DNA of 64,000 nt from an uncultured virus (IMG/VR IMGVR_UViG_3300042141_000203) (lineage: Duplodnaviria; Heunggongvirae; Uroviricota; Caudoviricetes). Of this stretch, positions 9,283-19,638 are shown one piece after another. Location of the stretch: IMG/VR virus record IMGVR_UViG_3300042141_000203. One strand, 5' to 3'. The notes under the pieces are model-generated. The model made no database searches, was not told where the DNA came from, and saw only the letters and a list, made by a program, of their open reading frames with translations. The first letter of the stretch is position 1. Every line of letters starts with the position of its first letter. Both the position numbers and the translations under genes were made by a program.

Positions 9283-9663
9283 ATGGCCTTATCTGCTCAA
9301 GGCGCAACCTTCACGTTTGCCGGTTCGCTGGGCAGTTTCCAGGCGAGCATCGTCGGCATCAGCGTCGAAACGCCGGTTGCGGAGGTCGTCGACATGACGT
9401 CTCCGTCCGACCCAGCGGGCTACGCCGTCCTCGTGCCGACCGGCGAGTGGTCTGGCGGAAGCGTGTCGCTGGACTTCTTGGCCACGCCGGCGACTGGAGA
9501 CGTCCAGGCGATCGTCCGCGGCGTCGGCCAGTTGACGTTTTCGTCGCCGTCTTGGTCGGTCACAAGGCGCGCGATCCTTGAGTCTGCAAACACGGAGGCC
9601 CGCGTTGGTGAGTTGGTGCGCGGGTCTGCGACTTTTCGCCTTACCGACTACCAGGGGACCTGA
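9283..9663 (+). CDS. Putative tail tube paralog 2
   Basis: Shares SAQG.TFTF.G start and VG..VRGSATFRL end with 8935..9267. Confidence 0.6.
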   Translation: MALSAQGATFTFAGSLGSFQASIVGISVETPVAEVVDMTSPSDPAGYAVLVPTGEWSGGSVSLDFLATPATGDVQAIVRGVGQLTFSSPSWSVTRRAILESANTEARVGELVRGSATFRLTDYQGT

Positions 9664-9666
9664 CAG

Positions 9667-10041
9667 ATGGCTTTGAGCAAGGCTGCGATTCTGGCGGCGA
9701 AGGACGTTCGGTTGAGTGACGCGATCAAGGTCCCGGAGTGGGGCGGCGACGTCTACATCAAGACGCTCTCCGGCCTGGAGCGGGACGCGTTCGAGGAGTC
9801 CTACGCCGAGCAGAAGATGAAGTCGTTCCGCGTCCGCTTTCTCCTGCTGACGCTGTGCGACGACTCTGGCGACCGACTGTTCGGCGACGACGACCTGGAC
9901 CTGCTCGGCAAGAAGTCCAGCGTGGTGATCAACCGTCTGTTCGAGAAGGCATGGAGCCACAACGCCCTGACGTCGGAGGCTGTGGAAAGCCTGGGAAAAG
10001 ATTCACCGACCGACCAGAGCGGAGGTTCTATTTCCGCCTAG
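9667..10041 (+). CDS. Tail assembly chaperone (gpG-like)
   Basis: VPEWGGDVYIK motif; precedes tape measure; slippery site near 3' end. Confidence 0.85.
   Translation: MALSKAAILAAKDVRLSDAIKVPEWGGDVYIKTLSGLERDAFEESYAEQKMKSFRVRFLLLTLCDDSGDRLFGDDDLDLLGKKSSVVINRLFEKAWSHNALTSEAVESLGKDSPTDQSGGSISA
9993..9999 (+). other. -1 programmed frameshift slippery site G GGA AAA
   Basis: In-phase X XXY YYZ heptamer; -1 frame continues into the gpT-like ORF. Confidence 0.85.
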
Positions 10042-10298
10042 CGCTGGCGCTGGGCATGACGGTGAAGCGGCTCCTGACGGAGTGCGACTCCGAGGAGTTG
10101 AGCGAGTGGTATGCCTACGATCAGCGCTGGCCACTGCCCGATCCTTGGTGGCAGACGGCGAGGCTGTGTCGGACGGTGATGGCGGCGAGCGGAAACTACA
10201 AGCGGGTGCCAGAGGAAAACATTTTCATTCCATCGACTGCGAAGCCACACCAGTCGGTTGACCAAATGTTTGACGAACTCAAGAAACTTCAAGGATGA
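9999..10298 (+). CDS. Tail assembly chaperone frameshift extension (gpT-like)
   Basis: RRFYFRLALALGMTVKRLL...SEELSEWYAY in the -1 frame. Confidence 0.8.
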   Translation, partial: RFTDRPERRFYFRLALALGMTVKRLLTECDSEELSEWYAYDQRWPLPDPWWQTARLCRTVMAASGNYKRVPEENIFIPSTAKPHQSVDQMFDELKKLQG

Positions 10299-10301
10299 GG
10301 C

Positions 10302-13300
10302 ATGGCCCTGCTCGGCAAAATCTCCGCGGTCCTGACTGCGAACACGCAGGACTTCACGCGCCGGATCGGCGAGTCCCGGCGTGAACTGCAGGATTTTGCG
10401 CGCCAGGCCCGCGGCGTCCAGTTCAACCTCAACACCAGGGCGCTGGACGGCACGCTGACCCAGTTGCAGCGGTTTCAGCGGACGCTGCGCGAGATCCAGC
10501 AACTCCAGGCCAGGGGCGTCGACGCCGGCCTGCCGAATGTCGGCCGCCTGCGCGACCAGTTTCGCGCCTTCGAGGACATCGGCCGCCCGCTGACGAACGT
10601 CAAGAACCAGATCGAAGGCCTGTCTTCCGCGATCCAGGCAGAGTTGTATCCGGAACTGGAGAAGATCCAGGCCGGTTTTCGCAACTTCTACCGCGACCTT
10701 GAGGCTGGCTCCACGACGTTCGATCGGTCTGCCGCGCGCGTTGATAACCTTCAGCGGCGGCTGCAGTCGCTGTCCCGCGCGACGGCCGCGGCCGCCGACT
10801 TCAGCGGCCTGCGGCGTACCCTTGACGCAGACAACACCGGAGCGTCATTTTTCCAGGCCAGGGCGCGTGAAGCGCTGCAGCGAACAATTTCTCTAAGAGG
10901 CCAGGCGCAGAACGTCCCTGCAGCCTTTCGCGGAGGCGTCTTTGCCGATTTGTCCGTGCAGGCAGAGGAAAACGCCCAGCGAATCGAGCAGGCAGCCGCG
11001 CGGGTAGCCAGGGCACAGTTGCGGATTGCAAGCGGCGGCTCTGGTGGCGGCGCCACTCCGCGCAACATCCAGGCCAGGGGGCAGGCGCAGGCAGAGTTGG
11101 ATGCGCTCACCAGAAGGCAGAACGCCATCAACCTGTCATTTCAGCGCGAAATGGAGTCTGCCGCCATTCAGCAGATCGTGGCCCCGGGAGCCGAGCGGCA
11201 GGTCACATCGCTTCGCGAGCGACTTTCTGGATTGGCTACAGAACTCCGAGCCATCAACAGCCAGCAGTTCAACGGATTGATTTCCAGCGCCGCGGCAGTC
11301 GTAGAGCAATTCAACCGCGGCGCTGCCTCGGCCAGGGAGGCCAAGCAGGCCGTCGACGCGCTCGCCGCATCGCTCTCGGCCGCAAACACGACGCGCGGCC
11401 TGCAGCAGCAGACAGAGTCGCTCCTATTCACCCCGCGAGACCTCGCGAGGCGCAGCATACAACGCGACTTCGATCGTCAGGTCTCTAATCTCGCGCAAGG
11501 AGATCCTCGGCGGCGGCGTGCGGAAATTGAGCGAGACATCAATCTGACTCGCGAAAATCTCAATGCGGAGATAATTCCTAGGACGCAGGCGGCGGCGCAG
11601 TCTGCGCGTTCGCTTGGAACGCCAGAGGCAGAGCGGCAGGCGAACCGCATTCTTGAAATCAACCGTCAGATCAACGCTGAACTCACGAGAGCCACAAACC
11701 TCAACAACAACAACAATCAGCGCGACGCAACGAGTCGGCTGCAGAGGATCGCTGCCCTGCTTGCCGAACAACGGAGAGTCGAAGCCGAGATCACGGATCA
11801 GGTCGAGATCCGCAATGCAGCGCGTCGGCAGGAAGAACTCTTCCTCCGCGCGTCTGGCGGCAGCGCGGAGCAACTGTCGCAAGGCGGCCGTGACGCGGCC
11901 GCCGACCTGTCTGTGGCAAGGCAGTTTCGAGGTCAGATTTCCAACGGTCTGTCTCGCATTCAGATCCAAGGCGAAATCGACCGAGTCACTGCGAGCGTCG
12001 TCGCGCTGCAGCAGCAAATGGCCAGAGTCGCCGCAAGCGACATGGGGCTCGACGAAAGGGCGGCTGAACTCGATAGGCTCGACAACGAGATCCGGCAATC
12101 GACAAGAGGTCTTGCAGAGTTCGTAGCCGCAAGAAGCGGCGGCGCGTTCGGCACGCGTCAGATCGAAGATGCCATGCGCCGTGCGCGGAATCAAGCGGGG
12201 TCGCTCACTGCCTCCGGCGCGCAGACAGCGCAACTGGCGTTTCAGCAGGCTCTGTTTGCAATCGACGACCTCGTGTCGTCGACCGGTGGGCTGGAATATA
12301 AGTTGCGCGCGGTTGGGAACAACATCACGCAATTGGGGCTGCTGCTCGGCCAATCTGGCGTCATCCCCGGTCTTTCGGCCACGACAGGGCTTTTTATTGG
12401 CTTGTCGACTGTGCTTGGCGGTCAGGCCATCAGTGCCCTATTGCGGTACGTTTCTGGATCGCAGCAACTTGAGGACCGGACGAAGGGCCTCAACAGCGCT
12501 CTTTCTGCGCAGCGTGCGCTGCTGCAGCAGATAACGCAGGGGTTTGCGTCAATTGGGCAAGGAATTGTTGCGGATGGGTTCTCTTCGGCCGCCAAGTCAG
12601 CAAACGAACTGGCGCTCGCGCTGGAGCGGATCGCCAGACAGCAGCAAGAACTGAAGGCCAAAGAGTTGCTGGCAACGAGCGCGGGCGCCGTTGAGCAAAT
12701 CGGCCTTCAGGAGAGGATTGGCCAGCGCCTTGAGGCGTCAGACAATCCTGGGCAGGCGATCGCGAGGCGAAGGCTGCAGGCAGAGTTGCGCAGGTCAGAG
12801 TTTGAGACAGGGAGAGCGCTTCTAGACGCGCCGCCGCCGTCCGGCACTGACGTTAGAAACTCTCTTTCGGCAGCCGCCGCGCGACTCCGATTTACAGAGT
12901 CGACGCTCACCGGAAGCGTCGGCACGAGCAACGCAATTGCGTCTCGCGGCTTCTTCGGCGCACTGCAAGTCCCGCAGGCATTTTTTGGATTTCGTAGGCG
13001 AGATCCGGTCCTTTCGGCAACAGCCCTTCAGGCCGAGCGACTCGCGGCAAGCGTTCCACTCGGTGCCACCAATGAAGACAGGCGAGCGCAGATCGCCGCG
13101 CTTGACGACATCATCGAGCGACTCAAGGGCGTGGCCGATCGGCCGAACGTCCTCGGGTTCCGCACATCAGCGGCCACCGAAGCCAGTAACACCATCCGCG
13201 AACTGGAGCAGCAGAGACTGCGTCTCATCGGAGACACGGGTCTGGCCGACTATTTCAAGAAGGCAGCCGCCGGCGCTAGGTCTCTGGCGGAAGCACAAGA

Positions 13301-14663
13301 ACTTGCCGCCAAGGCCCTGTCGGACGGTATACCCGAGGCCGCAGCGCTGCAATCGCGGCTCGACGGGCTTGCGGAGCAAATCCGCCAGTCGGAGGCAAGG
13401 ATAGCGGAGGCAAACGCCCTTCTTGAGGCCGAGAAGATAACGCCTTCCCGCAGAAACGAAATCGTTGATGAGGAAAGCAGAAAAATCGAGGCCGGACGTC
13501 GAGGCAGGGGCGCTGCCCTCGCGGACGCGCGCGCCGCTGAGCGGCGCCGGCAGGTGGACGGGCAGTCGCTGTTTGCCTCCCGCGCTGATAGGGCACGCGC
13601 AAACTTGCAGGCGTCGGGGGCAGAGTCTGGCGTGATTGCACGCCGGCTCCGCGAGTTGGAGGCGCGCCGCGCTGAAATCATTACAGATCTGTCGCGCACT
13701 CCCGGTGACAAAAACGCGCAGCAGGCCCTCGAAGCCACAAACAGGCAAATTGCGGAAATCGAGGCCGCCACGCTCGGGCTGAAGCGATTCTCGGAGGCGC
13801 TGGCCCGCGCCACGGCCGAGGCAGAAAGCAACCTGCAGGCAGCACAGCAGCGCGACGACGACATCCGCCGGCAGCGCCTTGCTCCAGGCCGTGGCGCAGA
13901 TATTCCGACGCGGGCGGACAGGGATCGCGCCAGGCGGAATGTTGAAGAACAGAGGGTGGCCAATAGGGCGGTGGAGGAGTCGGTCGCTAGGGAGCGAGAC
14001 CGACTGGAGCGCCTTGCGCAGGACCCAAACAATCCGCTCAATCAGACGTTCGCGCGGCTTCGCGAAATCGACGAGCAATTGAACTCCGGAACGACCCAAG
14101 ACAGGCAGGCCCTCATCGAGGAGCGGAGGCGTCTGCAGGATCAGGTCGATCGGCAAATCGACGAGTCACCGGCTGTTCGCGCGGCCAGAGACAACAGCAC
14201 TCGCATTGAGCAGCGGCAATTGGCCGAGAACCGCGGCAGGGAACTGCTCCTTCGCCCCGGCCAGCGAGCGCGTCGCGAACTCGATCAGCAGTTGCGTGAC
14301 TTGGACGCAGAGATTAATCAACGCACGGCCGAAGCAGTCTTGGCCAGAAGGTTCGGCGACATCCCCGGCATCCGGAACGAGGGAGACCAGGCGCGCAGGA
14401 GGCTGCAAGAGGAGGCATCCCGCCAGCAAGCCCCAACCATCTTCAGTCTCGCCGACCAAGTCCAGAACGCCATCCTGCGCGGCCCGTCGCGCGCAGCCCT
14501 CAATGTCACCGACGCCTCGACGGTCGAAGGCTCGCGGGAACTGTCCCGCCTGCTTCGCGGCGACGACGCGGCGAGGGATCAGAACAGCCTCGTGGAACTC
14601 CAAAAGGAGGCCAATCGCCTTCTGGACCTCATCGCCAACAACCCAGCACACATCGCCAACTAA
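10302..14663 (+). CDS. Tape measure protein (1453 aa)
   Basis: Follows chaperones; long Ala/Gln/Arg-rich helical protein with a hydrophobic central segment. Confidence 0.85.
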   Translation: MALLGKISAVLTANTQDFTRRIGESRRELQDFARQARGVQFNLNTRALDGTLTQLQRFQRTLREIQQLQARGVDAGLPNVGRLRDQFRAFEDIGRPLTNVKNQIEGLSSAIQAELYPELEKIQAGFRNFYRDLEAGSTTFDRSAARVDNLQRRLQSLSRATAAAADFSGLRRTLDADNTGASFFQARAREALQRTISLRGQAQNVPAAFRGGVFADLSVQAEENAQRIEQAAARVARAQLRIASGGSGGGATPRNIQARGQAQAELDALTRRQNAINLSFQREMESAAIQQIVAPGAERQVTSLRERLSGLATELRAINSQQFNGLISSAAAVVEQFNRGAASAREAKQAVDALAASLSAANTTRGLQQQTESLLFTPRDLARRSIQRDFDRQVSNLAQGDPRRRRAEIERDINLTRENLNAEIIPRTQAAAQSARSLGTPEAERQANRILEINRQINAELTRATNLNNNNNQRDATSRLQRIAALLAEQRRVEAEITDQVEIRNAARRQEELFLRASGGSAEQLSQGGRDAAADLSVARQFRGQISNGLSRIQIQGEIDRVTASVVALQQQMARVAASDMGLDERAAELDRLDNEIRQSTRGLAEFVAARSGGAFGTRQIEDAMRRARNQAGSLTASGAQTAQLAFQQALFAIDDLVSSTGGLEYKLRAVGNNITQLGLLLGQSGVIPGLSATTGLFIGLSTVLGGQAISALLRYVSGSQQLEDRTKGLNSALSAQRALLQQITQGFASIGQGIVADGFSSAAKSANELALALERIARQQQELKAKELLATSAGAVEQIGLQERIGQRLEASDNPGQAIARRRLQAELRRSEFETGRALLDAPPPSGTDVRNSLSAAAARLRFTESTLTGSVGTSNAIASRGFFGALQVPQAFFGFRRRDPVLSATALQAERLAASVPLGATNEDRRAQIAALDDIIERLKGVADRPNVLGFRTSAATEASNTIRELEQQRLRLIGDTGLADYFKKAAAGARSLAEAQELAAKALSDGIPEAAALQSRLDGLAEQIRQSEARIAEANALLEAEKITPSRRNEIVDEESRKIEAGRRGRGAALADARAAERRRQVDGQSLFASRADRARANLQASGAESGVIARRLRELEARRAEIITDLSRTPGDKNAQQALEATNRQIAEIEAATLGLKRFSEALARATAEAESNLQAAQQRDDDIRRQRLAPGRGADIPTRADRDRARRNVEEQRVANRAVEESVARERDRLERLAQDPNNPLNQTFARLREIDEQLNSGTTQDRQALIEERRRLQDQVDRQIDESPAVRAARDNSTRIEQRQLAENRGRELLLRPGQRARRELDQQLRDLDAEINQRTAEAVLARRFGDIPGIRNEGDQARRRLQEEASRQQAPTIFSLADQVQNAILRGPSRAALNVTDASTVEGSRELSRLLRGDDAARDQNSLVELQKEANRLLDLIANNPAHIAN

Positions 14664-14675
14664 AGGAGCAGGCCA

Positions 14676-15044
14676 GTGGCAGACATCACATACAGCATCT
14701 CGTACCGCGTCTCCAAGGATTTCCTCAACTCACAGGTTCTCGCCAGCAACGTCACGGCGAACATGAGCCTGACTGGGCTTCAGAGCCAAACGCTCACGTT
14801 GTCCACGAACGCAGTGAGCATCTCGACGGCGAACCTCGGCAGCGTGGGCATCGCCTTCATGCAAAATCTCTCGACCGCCGCGGCCTCTACATGCGCCGTT
14901 GGAATCGACGCTGGCGGGTCGTTCATCGGCTTCACAACTCTTCGCGCTGGCGAGCCGGCAGTCATGCGGCTCACGCCCGGGACGCCGTACTACGCCAAAG
15001 GCGTGGCCGGCACGCGGCTCCGCGTTGACATTACGGAGGGCTGA
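14676..15044 (+). CDS. Hypothetical tail protein
   Basis: GGAG RBS, GTG start, tail operon. Confidence 0.6.
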   Translation: MADITYSISYRVSKDFLNSQVLASNVTANMSLTGLQSQTLTLSTNAVSISTANLGSVGIAFMQNLSTAAASTCAVGIDAGGSFIGFTTLRAGEPAVMRLTPGTPYYAKGVAGTRLRVDITEG

Positions 15045-15046
15045 TC

Positions 15047-16162
15047 ATGCCCAAGTTAGTCTCGGAAGTAACTTCCGGCTCGCAGTTCACGCGGTCGATG
15101 CAGGACGGCAGCGTGGCCGACAGCCAAGTGCGAGTGTTCAAGATCATCTTGAGCGCTCCAAGCGAGGTTGTTGACCCACAGGATCACTGCAGCATTCGCG
15201 TCGGCGATCGGCATCCGATCAACACGAACATCACTTGCAAGTCGTTTGACGTGCGCTTCGACGGCGACAGTCGTCTGGTGATGATCGTCACGTTCAACTA
15301 CGAGTCGCAAGCCCACACATCCCAGACTGATCAAAACAACAAGCCACCGGACTTGCGGGCCGCGAACTGGACCACGAGTACGTCTCTGATGGAGACTCCA
15401 GTGTATTCGTGGCGAAAAATGCTAAACGCGGCCGGCGGGATTCCCGGGATCGACGATTTTGCTATTGAAGGCCCGGCCGTCAACGCGGCCGGAGACGCCT
15501 ACGACGGGGTGACGAAGTTGACCGCCGTCGTGAACATAAGCATTGAGCAATTCGAGTTGCAAGACCCGACTCGGCACTGCATTTATGCCGGGTACATCAA
15601 CCGAAACGAAATGACGCTCGGCACCCTCGTGATGAGCAAGCACACTGTCATGTTTCGCGGGGTGTCGTCGCAGCCACACGTCGAGAGTTGGGGCGGTGAG
15701 ATTAGGCGTGGGTGGAAAGCGACATACGAGTTCGCATTCAAGCGGAATGTAACAAAGATTTTTCTGCCCGGATTTGCGGTTGGTGGTGGCGGCGAACAAG
15801 AAGTCGCCATCGGCTGGGACATCGCCGTGCCGCAGACTGGATTCAATGTCAAGGCGTTTGCGCCTCCTGGAGGCAACGACGACGACGTACACGGGCAACC
15901 CCTGAAGCATGCGGCCGGGAGGATTGTCCCAATCCTTGCCTTACCAGTTGGCATAGCGCCAGGCGAAAGAGTGCGTGGCATGGTTCGGGTCTTTGAGTAT
16001 GAGGATGGCGGTACATCGCAGGCGCCATCGGCCTCCCCCATCCCACTCAATGACAACGGGCGGCCGAGAATCGAGTCGGCAAATCCGAAAGTCCTGGTCT
16101 ACGCCTATCAGGTCCAGCCGGAACTCGACCTAACACAGACCCTGCAACTACGGCTTCAGTAA
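15047..16162 (+). CDS. Putative tail hub/distal tail protein
   Basis: Position after tape measure; VNAAGDAYD and NDNGRP motifs. Confidence 0.55.
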   Translation: MPKLVSEVTSGSQFTRSMQDGSVADSQVRVFKIILSAPSEVVDPQDHCSIRVGDRHPINTNITCKSFDVRFDGDSRLVMIVTFNYESQAHTSQTDQNNKPPDLRAANWTTSTSLMETPVYSWRKMLNAAGGIPGIDDFAIEGPAVNAAGDAYDGVTKLTAVVNISIEQFELQDPTRHCIYAGYINRNEMTLGTLVMSKHTVMFRGVSSQPHVESWGGEIRRGWKATYEFAFKRNVTKIFLPGFAVGGGGEQEVAIGWDIAVPQTGFNVKAFAPPGGNDDDVHGQPLKHAAGRIVPILALPVGIAPGERVRGMVRVFEYEDGGTSQAPSASPIPLNDNGRPRIESANPKVLVYAYQVQPELDLTQTLQLRLQ

Positions 16163-16656
16163 TGGCGCGGCAGGAACGCTACTTCATCGGTCCGTCGCTG
16201 TTGAGCGAAATCCGCGGGACCATCACGCGGGTGGACGCCATTGCGCCGAAGACGAGCGGCGCCGAGCAGCCAGTGCGATTGCAAGACTTGCAGCGTCCGG
16301 GCGGCGCCATCAAAGCCTGCACCTTCACAGGCTCGTGGAACATCAACGAAACCAAGACGCTGACGTTTCAGAGCGACACCTCCAGAACAGTGGTCGCGAC
16401 CAATCAACTGTTCACCATCGGAGACGCCTGCGAAACCCAGGTCGCCTACATTGGCCGGGTATCGTCTCCGAAACCGCAAGGCGCGACCGCATCGTGGCAC
16501 TTGCTGAACGTGCAGCACCACGAGACGGCATTCTTCACAAGCGTGACTCTGACCACGGCCGCCCTTGAGTTCACCCGCATACTCGCCTGGGTGCCGTACC
16601 CCGGCCAGACGTCCACAATGTCGATCACCTTGGCGACGGCGACATCATGCTCCTAG
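16162..16656 (+). CDS. Hypothetical tail protein
   Basis: Translationally coupled ORF in tail operon. Confidence 0.55.
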   Translation: MARQERYFIGPSLLSEIRGTITRVDAIAPKTSGAEQPVRLQDLQRPGGAIKACTFTGSWNINETKTLTFQSDTSRTVVATNQLFTIGDACETQVAYIGRVSSPKPQGATASWHLLNVQHHETAFFTSVTLTTAALEFTRILAWVPYPGQTSTMSITLATATSCS

Positions 16657-18707
16657 TCAACGGCGCTCTGGCGGCATTCAATGGGATGCTCGTCGCCACC
16701 AGAAAGTTCTGGTGCGAGTGCGTCCTCGGCGGCGTCTGCTGCGAGGGCGAGTGCCATTGCGAAGCAGGCCGCTGCTGCGGCGATGTTTGGCACCCGGACG
16801 CGGACCCAGACGGTCCATGCCAAGAGGGCAAAAAGTTTTTCGAGTGGGGCGTGAACGATCAGTGCTGCGGCTGCCTGCCGGAGCAAATCTTCGACGGCCG
16901 CGTCCAGGGGTTGGTCAACACGGCTGACGTATTGGCAGACTTGTGTTGCCCCGTGTGCGACCCTTTGGCGCCGCTATTGCCGTTTGACCTTCAAGGCAAC
17001 TTCGTTGGTTGCAAGGGCCGGTGCTGTGACGGCATCCAGTGCAGCGAAACACTCCAGGCAGACTGCGCTCACGAATGGTCGGCGGTGCATTGCTGCGAGG
17101 AGGGCTGCCCAAAGTCTTGCTGCACAGAAGACGCCAGCGGAAACGTCTTCTGTCAGAAGACAGAGCAGAACGCCTGCGCCGGCACGCTTGATGACGAGCC
17201 GTGCGAGACGGCGTGCAAGGGGGCGTGCTGCTACTATGACGAAGAAGGAAACTACGTCACCATCGAGGGGTCGCCTATGACGAAGGCGGCTTGCGATGCC
17301 GCCGATGGCGAGTTTCAGGGCATTGGCACGACCGAATGCCGCATGTGCGAGGAGCCTGGGTTTGATGACGACTTCCGCTGCCGCGAGCCGCTGACGGCCT
17401 GCTGCTGCGAGGAGAAAACAAGCACGGGGGCTGGGCTGACGTTCACGCAGCCGAGAAACAAGCGGCTGCCGCCGATCTCGGATACCGTGCAAGTTACGGT
17501 CACCGTCTCCACCATTTCTGACATCCTCGTTCACGGCGAATACATCACAGGCGGCCCATACGGCAAGTGCAACGAGACAATCACGTTCTTGATGTGCTGG
17601 GACGCCTTCAACGTCGAGCCGGTGCCGTGCGGCTCGAACTTCGCCGGCCTCGACATCAAGGTCTGCTGGGACCAAGAGGCCACCGACACCGAGACGCTCA
17701 AGTTTTCTGGCTGCAACAACATCACCGTATGGCTTGGCAACTGCGAATACGACTGCGTTACCACTCTGCTCTACACGGGTGTGGGTCACACGAGCAACGC
17801 CACAATCCTGATGCGCGGTGACGCCGTAATTGACTCTAGCGGGATTGGGCCGCTCGTGCTGACCACTCCGATCACGCACGCAGGAGACTGCGCCAGGACG
17901 CTGACGCTCACCGGCACGAATACCGGCGACAACGAGATAGCGGGGGCGATCAGCGATCGTTCTGGGTCTTATGCCACGACGGTTTTCAAGCGCGGCGTTG
18001 GCCTCTGGGTTCTGGGTGGTGCAAATACGTTCACCCAGCCGCTGCAAGTGAAGCAGGGGACGCTGGTCGCCGGTCGCGACAGCCTGACATCAAATGGCGC
18101 GTTTGGCGCGGCTAGTGTGCCGTATGTGCTTGTTGGCGATGATGCGCCTAGCATCAGCGGAACGGCCACGCTGCTCATCGACGCAGGCTTTTCGACCGAC
18201 AAGGTCGTCGATATTCAAGCGTCTGGATCAGGCGGGCAGCAGATTGTCGTCATCGGCGGCCGCGGTTCCGGCACGGTCGATTACCAGAACGATCTGTGGC
18301 TTGGCAGGGGCGTGACGCTGGTGGCTGACAATGGCTCCACGACGTTCTTCTCCGGCTTTCTGAAGGGTGCCGCCGGAAGTGGCGATCCAACGGTAGACAT
18401 CAAGTTCGGCATCCCCGGCTACACGGGGGAGGTGCGGATGCTTCGCACGCTCAATACCAGCGGCACCGTGTCGTTTCTGCACGGCACGGTGGTATTCACG
18501 AACATCAAGACGAATCCAGGCGACCTTGCGGCGTCGGCTACGTTCAGCAGCAGCGCGCTGACGGTTGATTTCACTGGCGACCCGTCCCCAGGTTCGCAGT
18601 ACGTCATATTCGGCGGCGTCACGCAGCAGACCTACGCGCCAGTGCTGACCGGCACGAGCGCCACAGGCACCTACAACTCCGCAACGTCCACCCTCACGAT
18701 TGACTAG
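16647..18707 (+). CDS. Cys-rich tail/receptor-binding protein with autotransporter-associated beta-strand repeat
   Basis: Many GxCC repeats in the N-terminal half; VFKRGVGLWVLGGANTFT...VKQGTL repeat. Confidence 0.7.
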   Translation: MLLVNGALAAFNGMLVATRKFWCECVLGGVCCEGECHCEAGRCCGDVWHPDADPDGPCQEGKKFFEWGVNDQCCGCLPEQIFDGRVQGLVNTADVLADLCCPVCDPLAPLLPFDLQGNFVGCKGRCCDGIQCSETLQADCAHEWSAVHCCEEGCPKSCCTEDASGNVFCQKTEQNACAGTLDDEPCETACKGACCYYDEEGNYVTIEGSPMTKAACDAADGEFQGIGTTECRMCEEPGFDDDFRCREPLTACCCEEKTSTGAGLTFTQPRNKRLPPISDTVQVTVTVSTISDILVHGEYITGGPYGKCNETITFLMCWDAFNVEPVPCGSNFAGLDIKVCWDQEATDTETLKFSGCNNITVWLGNCEYDCVTTLLYTGVGHTSNATILMRGDAVIDSSGIGPLVLTTPITHAGDCARTLTLTGTNTGDNEIAGAISDRSGSYATTVFKRGVGLWVLGGANTFTQPLQVKQGTLVAGRDSLTSNGAFGAASVPYVLVGDDAPSISGTATLLIDAGFSTDKVVDIQASGSGGQQIVVIGGRGSGTVDYQNDLWLGRGVTLVADNGSTTFFSGFLKGAAGSGDPTVDIKFGIPGYTGEVRMLRTLNTSGTVSFLHGTVVFTNIKTNPGDLAASATFSSSALTVDFTGDPSPGSQYVIFGGVTQQTYAPVLTGTSATGTYNSATSTLTID

Positions 18708-18709
18708 CC

Positions 18710-19084
18710 ATGGGATGCGTCGAAAAAGTCATTGAAGGCGGCCAAGTGCTGTACCGCGACTGTAAAACCGGCAAGCCGGCCGCGCCGCAGCCACCGCAGT
18801 CGCAGGATGGTCCTGGGACGGAACTCAAGGCGATTCTCCTCAAGTGGTTCGGCATCAAGGCCAGCCTCGGCTGCTCGTGCAATGCGATGGCGCGCCGGAT
18901 GAACGAAAACGGGCCAGACTGGTGCGAGGGTCCGGGGATGCCGGAAATCCTGTCAGCCATGCGGACGGAGCATGGCAAGCGAAAGACCATCTTGCCGTGG
19001 AGCGAAGCCGCGGCGAAATGGCTGATTAGGAAAGCCTGCCGGGCTGCGCGAGATAAGGCACGCAGCGCAGACATGGACAAATAA
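18710..19084 (+). CDS. Hypothetical protein with CxC motif
   Basis: GPGTELKAIL...GCSCNAMARRMN; positional counterpart of 35080..35376. Confidence 0.6.
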   Translation: MGCVEKVIEGGQVLYRDCKTGKPAAPQPPQSQDGPGTELKAILLKWFGIKASLGCSCNAMARRMNENGPDWCEGPGMPEILSAMRTEHGKRKTILPWSEAAAKWLIRKACRAARDKARSADMDK

Positions 19085-19109
19085 AAGGCCACATGGCAAC
19101 ATATTGCCC

Positions 19110-19409
19110 ATGACCGGCGACCATCACTTCCTCATTCACGGCGTCCGCTGGCTGCTGCGATTCACAAGGCTGCGCGGCAATGCCTACGGGTGGACGTACC
19201 TCCCAGACGCCAAGTCGCCGCGAGTCCGCCCGAAGATCTTGATCGACAGCCGCCTGGAAGGCCGCAAACGCCTGGAGATCATCTTCCATGAACTCATCCA
19301 TGTCTCGTTCCCAACGGCATCGGAGGACCATGTCACCGAAGCGGCCCGCGACATCACCAGAGTCGTCTGGAGCCTTGGCTACAGGCTCGACGAAACCGAG
19401 GCTCCTTGA
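19110..19409 (+). CDS. Small HExxH metallopeptidase-like protein
   Basis: IIFHELIHVSFP; similar to 35373..35663. Confidence 0.65.
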   Translation: MTGDHHFLIHGVRWLLRFTRLRGNAYGWTYLPDAKSPRVRPKILIDSRLEGRKRLEIIFHELIHVSFPTASEDHVTEAARDITRVVWSLGYRLDETEAP

Positions 19410-19638
19410 CGCCGTCATGGCCGCGCTGCCTGCGACGTACAACAACTCCAAAACGTGGATCGACGCCATTCCTGCCGGCGAGCGGCAAGAACTTGAGGAC
19501 ATCAAGCGGGCGTTTCGCGACCGAACGCTGGTCACGCCGCTTCGATCCCTCGCCAGGGCGATTTCCAAGTCCCTGCAAGAGCGCGGCCTGTCGAACATCG
19601 GATTCCCAGGAGTTGAGTCGTGGCTAAGACGACCCTGA
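19375..19638 (+). CDS. Hypothetical helical protein (homolog of 35664..35906)
   Basis: LARAISKSLQERG..IG..GVESWL matches LANSIAKALQSRG.PIG..GVQSWL; TTG start inferred. Confidence 0.6.
   Translation: MATGSTKPRLLDAVMAALPATYNNSKTWIDAIPAGERQELEDIKRAFRDRTLVTPLRSLARAISKSLQERGLSNIGFPGVESWLRRP

Noticed and set aside
11700..11720. (AAC)n run in tape measure as a phase-variable repeat
   Set aside because: In-frame trinucleotide run encoding poly-Asn; cannot shift frame.
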